A DNA stretch of 38,625 nucleotides from Tubiluchus corallicola (lineage: Eukaryota > Animalia > Priapulida), in NCBI GenBank assembly GCA_030141605.1, contig JAQGDQ010001482.1, forward strand, positions 1 to 38,625. The letters are read 5' to 3'. The notes under the pieces were generated by a model that was given only the letters and a program-made list of their open reading frames with translations, had not been told where the DNA came from and made no database searches. The first letter of the stretch is position 1; each line of letters starts with the position of its first letter. Of this stretch, positions 23,701 through 34,100 are shown piece by piece. The translations under genes and the position numbers were made by a program.

Positions 23701-26700
23701 AGAGCTTTAAACGCTCAAACTCCTTTAGGGTGAACATGTTCAATTATCGAAGCTTCGCTCCATTAGAACCACAAGCACATTTGCGTATGGTAATTACTGG
23801 CTTCACAACAATTTATCAAAGGTGTAACAGAGCTGAATAATTAACTACTACTTACAGTTCTCTTAATGACTGTAGTTGACCCAGTTTGTCAGGCAGGTAA
23901 GTGATGGAATTCGCTGAGAGATTCCTGTAAATAAGCCAATAACTTGACAAACAAGTTATAAATAGAATGGTAAGCGAAATAAACAAGAGCACGTACAACA
24001 AACGTTTTATAAATAGACTTATTACATAATTACATAACATAGTGTCTTGCCAAATCAGCAATAGAACTATTACACGAAAGTCCTAACTTCAAGAGAAATA
24101 GAGTAACTAGAACAGCCACTGGAAATATGTTCATTTTATTTTTCACTAGCAACCCTACTCTACTAAAGTTTGCTAGTGTGTAATGACTGTTTTAGCAATT
24201 TTATTTACCATATAATTGTATTGCCTACCATGTAAATTGCAATTTATTCATTGTAATATTTATTGCAGCTTAAGATACTACGACATGTAAAATAAAGCAA
24301 AATAAACTGCAACCCATTTTATGCAGCACGTAAACAGTAAAGATATTCCGCTGACTATTTCTTGCGCTTAATAGATTAGATGATACATCATTAACTTTAC
24401 TAAACTTCATTTAATAAAAATTCCTCAAAAGTTCCACAAAAAATTCGAACTAGAACAATTTGAACTCTGTATGTTGCATGATTCGCAATATACGAAATAA
24501 CAGGCCCATTTCGGAGATTCAAAAAGATTGCCTTAATTTTTTTCTACGTGATTGTCCTGAAGGTGGCAGCACTTGCACCATCGCCAATAAAGTTTTATTT
24601 GATTCATGAAACGCTTCTCTTCACACTTTTACTCCTTTCTGAGGTGTTTCATCAATGAAAAAGGTTTAACGACAGAAGTGCAGAAAGCAGAAGTGTGTGA
24701 TTAGCTTCTGCAATTAGTCGTCTTGAACAAACTAACAGAGTTTCTGTGCCAGAAGCTAGATCTTGTGATTATTGAGTTAGTTCCTAAAGTACATTGAAAA
24801 CCATAGAAAGCCGCACTGTTTTAAGCAAATCTCCACAGACTCGATGCAAGGGGTTGCGAAAGAAAAGGAAAAAAGAAACGTAGGCAGAAAAATATAATTC
24901 TCATAACTGAGTAGCTAATGACAGAAGGCACCTATTCTTCTTGAACCATATTAGGCTGTAATTAACAGGAAAATAATTTTCTGGTCTAAAATTTCACAGA
25001 TAATAGGCCAGACGACATCTAGGAACAAGGCAGAGATCTATGAGAGGCAGTCTCCGTTTGGGCTGCAATGATAAGAGATCCAGTTACACTAAATTAATGA
25101 ACCTGCTAATTACAATAACTAAACAAGAAGACAAAACACCTGCTCTGGAGGCTCGGTCTAATTTGCACAATGCTCCAAAATCGCCAATCAACGAATTCGA
25201 AACCAGGTTCAGATTGACTAGCCAAGCCTTCTCAAACAAAGCAGGCAGGTATGTCAATGTACGTTTAAGAGATTATTTTAAATCATCCTCTCCGTGATCC
25301 AGTAACCCAGGACCCAATGATCTTAGTACCATTACGTTACGTTAGGTTACGTTACGTTATGTGCATTTGTTCACCAGCTGATTTTTCAAAGTGACAATTA
25401 CGGCGGTTCGACAGTTAAAAATTTTAAATTCGTGCAAAGACAATAATAAAGAGTTTATGCTTCAACTTTAATAATTTAAAATTCGTTATTAATTATTCAG
25501 GTTAATGTTCATAGTAAAGAGTTAGCTTTCAAAGTTATAATTTAAATATCATATAATGATTGTTACTCCTGTTAGCAATAGCAATGACGAAATGTTTGAT
25601 GAACTCCAAGGATGATTAAATTTGAAATTCCCAATTAACCTTAATGAGTGCAATGTTATTTTTACTCAAGTGTCAAATTATACTACATACTTTAGCTCGG
25701 TGCTTTCCCACTAATTGCATTCTTAATAAGGTAGTTAAATTGCTGCTTTCTTGCAATCCGTTTCCATGCTTTCCGTTTAAATATTAGCAATATGAGAAAT
25801 GTGGGTCACACAACTTGCAAGCTCTTTTAGTAAGTAAAGCATGAAGTATACTAAAGTAGTTCAAAGATATTAAGGTAGAAAAAATAAGACCATTTAAACA
25901 CGTGCAAGACTGCAGAACTGAAAACGCACAGTCCTCATTAAAAATCTCAGTATGGAGAAGTTCACCTAAGAAGCTAATTGCCAAACAAAGGCTCTCTAGA
26001 GCGTGTTTGTCAGACAGACATACCGGTATAAGGTGACATCTGGTAGACAACGTTTCTCTTGGATCCGGTCCACAAAATGGTTGAAGTCTTTCTTAAAAAA
26101 TCAATAAGCAGAATTCACATTCGAAATCTGACTGTAAGCAGGTACTTGTAAAAAGCCAATGTCTATAGACTAAACTTGTTAAACATGAAACCCCCGTATG
26201 AAGTCAATATATAAACCAACTACTCTGAAACTAAACGTGAATCTTGTCCTTTGTACAACTCTCAGTTAACACATCGGAATTTGTCTGCATATACGGGAAT
26301 TACAGGCCCGTAGGCCCTGCATGAGGCCCTTATGTTTTCCATTATTAATTAAATAATCCTTGCTGCTATCCTTTCCCTGCTATCAATTAAGAAGACAGCA
26401 GAGAAGCTCCTATTCCAACATTCCTCGCTGTGGATACGCCTCCTAACGAAGCCGCTGCGTTTAATCTCTTCTCGCTTTCAGACAATTTTGCAAAGTTTAT
26501 CCAATTGTCTATTAATCCTTTGCTCTATTCCATCAGGCTTATGGAAGTATTAACTGGGCTTCGTAACGTTGCTTCGCAGGCAGCGATAGTGAACACATGA
26601 ATCACTGAATAGAATAGCAAGTTGTCGACAGATAAGCATAAATTTAACAAGTTAGGTCAAGAAGTTCCCTAAAAATGAAGTCTGGCGCGCAGGTGAAGAA

Positions 26701-29700
26701 GTAAACAGCATTGCAGACACATGGTGAAACTTTGAGCCTGTCTTTCTATCAAAAGCACAGATTAATATCGAGTTTACACGACGGCTACGCAGGCTGAATC
26801 CGGATGCAAGTTCTATTGTTCGCTATTGTGCGAAAATATGTAACACCTAATTAACAACGATCACGGCTAGTCGACTTCAGTCCCATTGTGCCAGGTGTCA
26901 AACAAATTAGCTTCACGCTGCGTTAGGCGACTGGAATATTTATTAGGGTAGATTTGCGCTAATAATTTTGCAACTCGTTAGTTAAAATATTGCAAAACTG
27001 CCAAAATGCATTAAATCATCATGGATGCTCGATATAGTGATTATCGGCATAGATACCAGACCACGAAAATGGTAGTGATGAGCATTAATACTGTATTGTC
27101 TGTAGTTTTCAAGTTCAAGTTTGGCGCCGAAAGATCAAGTTTTTATAACAAGCTAATCATCAGTACAACCTCCAGTCACAAAAAAGCTAAATGACAATGA
27201 AGACTACGTGAACAACAAGGTTACAGAAAATGAGAATGCAATCATTTTTGGAAATGTCTAAAAACTAATTTGGCTGTGATAAAAGCCTGTCTGTTAATGT
27301 GATTTTTCAATTTTCGAAGTTGTAATCAGAAGAGAAGCAATTGACTGGTAAAGAATTTCATAGATGAGAGGCCCGAGCGAAAAACGTTTATGGGCAACTT
27401 TAATAAAATGTAAAATCAGCAACGGTATGTTAAACATACCTGCTACTGCGTGAATTTAGAAATCGTACAGAATTTTTAATTGCTATTATGGTCATCTTAA
27501 AAATGACCATTGGTGACGGTGAAAACGCACTCTACTAAGTAAATGCACGTGGGCGTGTTTATCACATTGATCGTGATTTTGTTTTTGCTAATACTGAGAT
27601 TTCTGCATAGCAAAAGCTTTTAGGCAGCTGTTCTACATTTTGGACCGCACAAAGTACAATGGGGGAAACCATCAACAAAACGTGCATTTTTCAGGCACAG
27701 TTTTGGCTCCGATGGAATTATTTTCAGATCACCGCCTGTAAAAGTAGTAACGTAAATAAGCAAAAGCTTATATGCAGCTGTTCTACATTTTGGACTGTCC
27801 AGAGTGCAATGGCGGAAATGGTCAACAACACGGTCATTTCAGGCAAACATTCCTGGTTTAGGAACCAATCGAAAGATTCATAGAGCGCCATCGTATCGTA
27901 CAAACGAGGTTTAATGCAGCAAGTTATCCTGGATAAGTAGGGATATTTCCTATACACGCATGCGCAACATACAAATTGCATTATTTCAAAATTAGTTAGA
28001 TTTCTGTCATTTGTATTCCGGACATTTTCGGATTAAGCATAAATTTGCTTTTTCGTCAATTTTTAATTTTCTCGTTTATCTAATTCCGACGGATTGAAAC
28101 TTTGTAAAATAATTTTAGTCGAACAAGGCTCTGATGACCTCCTGGATTTTTGGCGCATCACCAGAAGTCAGTATTACTAGAGTGCAATTTTTGACTAACT
28201 ATCAAATGCAGATGTTGTAACATGAAATAATTAATGGGAGGGGATTTTGTAGACCTTTAACATAGCTAGCAGACAATTATAGTGTTTGCATTGTTTGCTG
28301 TGTTTGTTTTCAGCTTTTGTGAAACGAAGATAAGGGATGTTTCAGCAAGAGCCTGTAAAAGCGTTTAAGTTTATTCCCCTGTTTCTATTAATCGTGCAAC
28401 CTGTTTAATTATGATTAATATTTTAGTTTTTTTGCAATAGTTCGTTTTGTAGGTTTGCGTTGTTACCTTGTGAGGTTATAAAAGTATTTCGTTTGTATTT
28501 CAGTAATTATAATAAAAGGCGTTGGTGCAAAACCCTGGTCCTTTTGGAATTGATTTCTTGTTACCTGCGTACTGAATGGGGATGATTTTGTATAATATGT
28601 CGTTTATGTACATTGCATTTTATATTGTATAGTATTCTTCCCCCACCCACCCAAAGTATTCTCGCCCACCGAAAGCTGTGGTTTGAACCGTCCAGGGGTC
28701 GTTACAAACACCCTGGCGGCAAGAACCCGACGGCAGAACGATATTTTAGCTGCGTAGTAAAACTGGCTTCGTAATTAATGCGCTCTAAATTACGGAATTT
28801 TCGGTTTTGTGGTTTCAGTGATGCAAAATAATTAAATTTCAGATTAGTCAATTCATACAGTCAGCACAGCATTATAAAAGAAAACTACTTTTATTAAAAC
28901 TTTAAGTTACAGACTGTTAAAAAACATGTGTCCAAACGTTTCGACTGCAGTCTGCCAGTCATCTTCAGCGACAGACTTCACAAACAAACCACCAGTTCTA
29001 TAATACATACTTAGAGTAGTCTATCATTGAAAATGACTGCAGTTGAAACGTTTCGAGACACATTTCATAATTTAAACTTTTGATAAAAGTTGTTTTCTGT
29101 TTATAATTTCGAACTACATTTATTGCCTATCTGTAATAATTTGGATGTGCAATAAAGATGCTTTCGAAAATCCATTACATATTAATGACTATACCTTTTT
29201 TATGATTATGAAAGAAAATTTCATGTTACTATTATTAAATTCTGGAACTATTTTCATGTGTCCAACTTTATGTTACATATTCAAGACCAAACCTGTCGAA
29301 TATGGCGAATATGTGATACTTGAGATTTGAGATTGGGAACTTTTGCTGGTTTAACAATATGACCTTAACTCGTCGCTCAAGTTGATGTCGTAACTGTAGA
29401 GAAACTTATCAGACAGTTTTCTGGAGTTTTCCTAGTTCAAATAGAATTCTTTTCTGAGCAGAACAGGTTTTCTCAATTAAATGTGAACAGAAAATGGGAG
29501 AATGATGTTTTCCAAAGTGAACAGAAAGTCAGGAAACGCCTAAACTAACAGAAATGATAACTTCTGCTGCTGCTGCTGCTGAGTTATATAATGGTTAACA
29601 ATTTTCTTTTTCAACCAAATACATGTTATGATAAGTTTACCACAGTCACAGGCAAACTAGCAGTCTTAGTTGCAGCAAAAGAAGAAGATAGCGCCACCAT

Positions 29701-31112
29701 GTAGTAACCTCAGTTACTTTTAGTCAATTTGTTCTGTAATTACGTGTCTATAATGAAGTTTTTGTATTATATTGTGTATTTAGTATGTATTTTTAATTAT
29801 CTAAATATGTTTTTTCACTCAGGCTGCTAGTTTTCTATCTTTTAGCTATTTCTTTCTTAATCTCACAAAAGAAAGCTTTTTTCGCCTGCTTCTTGTTAAT
29901 TAAGTATTCTTTAGACTACAGTGACTTAATGCATTTTAATTAAGCAATGTTTTTTTCACGACACTTGGGCTTTTATGACGTTACTTGTAGCTCACAGATC
30001 TGCGCTTGGAGGTCCAGGTCCATGAGTTAAGAGTCGCGGTAACCGAATCGTTCAGCGTACGACGATGCTTGACTGTGTGACCGTTCTAGCTCCACCTCAT
30101 GAGGGTCAAGGTACCACCGGTCACTGACGCTGAATGGTATTCCGGAAAGACGGAAAATAGTCTTCACAGATTAACGTTTTTGTACTCCAAACCGACGTTA
30201 AATACAAAGTAAACTGTAACTGTCTTGTAAGAGTCCCCATAACAGTCCCATAAATACAAAACATACAAACATCTACATGTAGCAATTTTAATATAAACAA
30301 TAAACACGTAAACAAGGGGAATGACTAAACAAGGGGAATAACTAAGTCGATAGCAAATTTTTATTGGCAGGAACTTGTTTGGAACAAATTCGATCTAGAT
30401 GAAGATGATGATGATGAGGATGATGATGATGATGCTAAAATTAACAATGATGACAATGAAGATGGCCCTGAATGATGATGCATTAGACTGAGATTGGATC
30501 GGAAGTTGAAAGAGGAGCCGAGCAATATGTAGAAAAGGGGATCCTATCGCCGAGAGGAGTTGCAATAACAGTAAGAATACGAAATCGATGTTTGTGATTA
30601 TAAGGAGACGTGTGGGAGACGTTCAGCGATGATTAATCAGAAACTTGACTTAAGTTTTAGTAACACAATCTACTCTGCTACTTTATATAGAAAACATTGT
30701 GCTTTGACCCTACCATTAAGTATTCCGCTTGTCTATTGTTAATTTTGAGAATGGTATACGTGCGTATGCTCTTGTATTGAAGTCAATCAGAAGACTCCAA
30801 GACAGATCTTATTACGGGTGGTTTTTTATCTCTTTGACACGTCTTTGCAGATCATATCTTTAAAAATATAAAAATGCTAGACAGGCATTATAGCTGCTTA
30901 TCACAGACGTTATTAGAACTGGCTGTAACAAAAACTAGAGACAACAACCTTGGTTTCTAGTTATGTCCTAGTGACAGAATTTTTTATATGTTTTTTTTCT
31001 AGTAAGTTAACAAACAATTTGCTGTGTCATTGTTGTTTCTGTTTTGAAGGTGGTGCTGGCGGGTACTGTTGTTGTTGTTGTTGTTGTTTCTGCAGTTACT
31101 GTTGCTGTTGTT

Positions 31113-31149
<37 letters not shown>

Positions 31150-34100
31150 CTGCAGTTACTGTTGCTGTTGTTGTTGTTGTTGTTGTTTCTGCAGTTACTG
31201 TTGCTGTTGTTATAATCATAATGTAACAGATACGCATTTAATAAAACAAAATGTTTACACTAACAGGTAAAAATATGTAATGCCACTTACAGAAGATTAA
31301 GATGATGTAGATTAAGCATTGAATCAATGGGAACAACTTGCAAACGATTCTCAGCTAAATACCTGAAAAACAACAAATAAAATGATTTGATACCAGAAAG
31401 AGTGAGACGGAGAGCAAAACCAGCAAACTGCTTTGCACTTTGAGTCTACATGTCTAGTATGGATAATAAGAATTTAAACGCAATTCATTTTGCATGTGTA
31501 TCTGACAAGCCTCTCATATTAGACAGCTACACACAATTGAAAGAAGTAAAATTTTGAAAACGCTTCACTTAGCAGAAAGTATCTCACTGACTCGTATAGC
31601 CTATGCAGGAAGGAAAAAGTGAATGCTTAACGTTAAAATACTTACAGACCGTGTAGATTTGTCAAATCTTTAAATATGTCGTCTGTAAGCACGTTGATCA
31701 GGTTTCCTGTTAAATGTCTACAACAGAAGAAAAATTGTGAGACGTCATTTTCTTTTAATTTATACGTTTGGCAACAAAAACAATGAGTTATGTGCAACAA
31801 TGAGTTATGTACAACAATGAGTTATGTGCAACAATGAGTTATGTGCGACAATGAGTTATGTGCGACAATGAGTTATGTACAACAATGAGTTATGTGCGAC
31901 AATGAGTTATGTGCGACAATGAGTTATGTACAACAATGAGTTATGTGCGACAATGAGTTATGTACGACAATGAGTTATGTACGACAATGAGTTATGTGCG
32001 ACAATGAGTTATGTACAACAATGAGTTATGTACGACAATGAGCTATGTACAACAATGAGTTATGTACAACAATGAGCTATGTACAACAATGTGTTAGGTA
32101 CAACAATGAGTTATGTACAACAATGAGTTATGTACAGCAATGAGCTATGTACAACAATGAGTTATGTACGACAATGAGTTATGTGCGACAATAAGTTATG
32201 TACGACAATGAGCTATGTACAACAATAAGCTATGTACAACAATGAGTTATGTACAACAATGAGCTATGTACAACAATGTGTTAGGTACAACAATGAGTTA
32301 TGTACAACAATGAGTTATGTACAACAATGAGCTATGTACAACAATGTGTTAGGTACAACAATGAGTTATGTACAACAATGAGTTATGTACAACAATGAGC
32401 TATGTACAACAATGAGTTATGTACAACGTGCAGAGCTGGAGCTCTTAGTGTCTTTGGTTACTTCAGTAATCTGATTAAGATCAAACTGATGTCTAATATC
32501 TGATTAAATCTCTTCATTAATTATTTATGACTATGATTGTCAGAATTTTTATAAACAATTGCAGTTTAGTTTATCAATTATTACCTATAGCGGGCAATGA
32601 GTTGGAGAAAGGAGACTGAAAAATTGTGGACTAGTCGGGATTCGAGCCCGAGACCTGAGGGTAGTACCTCCATGTTTTGGGAGTTAGTACGCCCATACAC
32701 TTGAGCTACCAGCCAACATGGCAGAATAGGCCCGAGATTTCCTCCTTGTAGCTCACAATCCATCAGCTTCTTTCTTAAAGTTTGACTGTCTCTATTAGTG
32801 CTATTAGTTTTTGAAGTAAAAACTTGACTACATGCATTTTTTATAGATAAACAAAGATGCGTCTAAGTTGTACAATCTTTGCACGAACTCACTGTCGTTA
32901 TATACTACAGCAACTTTAGTGTACTGTTATAAACTGCTGCTTAGAGGCAGCAGAGAGTGATGCTCTGCTTAAACAGCGACATCTTAATTTAAACTCGGTT
33001 TGGGTAACAGTACATGTTCCCTTTGTTTTGCTGAAACAAGCAATAATGCTACTCTCTTTGAGTAGCAAATGTTTGCATGCAAAAATCGATCATAAAATTG
33101 ATGCTAATTATTAATGTACAAGGCAATATTTGGCAATAAAAGTTTTATAAGTCTTATAGGTAGCGTTTCAAAACGCATATAAATTGTATTGAAATTTTTC
33201 TTGTCTATTTCGCAGACAACCATTGATTTCTGGTTTACGTTCAGCTTTTACGGTATCAAATCCCATCAATATTACATAATAAACACGCACTGGCATTAAT
33301 ATGGCCTATGCCTTTAAAAGCCAAAGACTCCGGACGCAGACAGTCGATAAATCCATTTCAATGACAACTTAGAGCAAAGTGTAGAAGAATAATTATGACA
33401 ACATGTTAGTTGATAAACATAAAAAGATGATCGAAAACTGATGTAAACTAAACTAAATTGAAGTTACTCCATACAGTGCTTTCTAAACTGAATGTAACTG
33501 ATTATCTTTGTAACAAAGGTTTTTTATTTCTGAGCAGCAGCCTTTTAGCCAAATTTAATAAAAGTTGAGTGCAACGACAGGCTCAAAAAGATATCATAGG
33601 GAGCTTTTATAAATTACAGCCAGATTACATAATAAAATCAGATTCTTCAAATTAAGTTATGAGAAGGAAGAGCTTTAATATTTTGGCGACATTATTCTCG
33701 TGGAATTTTTAGTTTGTAGTTGAATAAACGCACTGGAATAAAAATTGAATGTTTATAAATTGCCTAGCATTAACTTTGGCAGCTTGGTCCTTAAAACATA
33801 ATTGTGCAAATAAATAAGTTTTTAATTATTTAAGATTTTGTGTTCAAGATTATTACATTTAATGAAACGAAGTCACAATTTCATCAAAATGGAATTTATT
33901 GCCAACCGGTGTCGAACAAAACTGTTCATTATCAAGGCATCTAACACAAAAGAATTTACCAGGACATAGAAATAACATCGAAATACAATACAGTAGTTAA
34001 TAGCCAAAAGATATAAAACCTATAGATTATATAGATAATTTAATAATTTACCTTACAGACTACATAATGTGATTAGTATGAAACTATTTAACATTTTACA

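Noticed and set aside
26280-26320. GNYRPV motif suggesting a LINE protein
   Set aside because: Isolated; I could not find flanking RT or endonuclease motifs in order.
14829-31270. Homopolymeric ORFs (poly-Y, L, I, M/T, C, V, T)
   Set aside because: They are translations of microsatellites at ~15.0, 17.8-18.3, 20.8 and 31.1 kb.
2392-32427. Regular repeat arrays as possible CRISPR arrays
   Set aside because: Units are head-to-tail with no unique spacers, there are no cas genes, and the DNA is eukaryotic.
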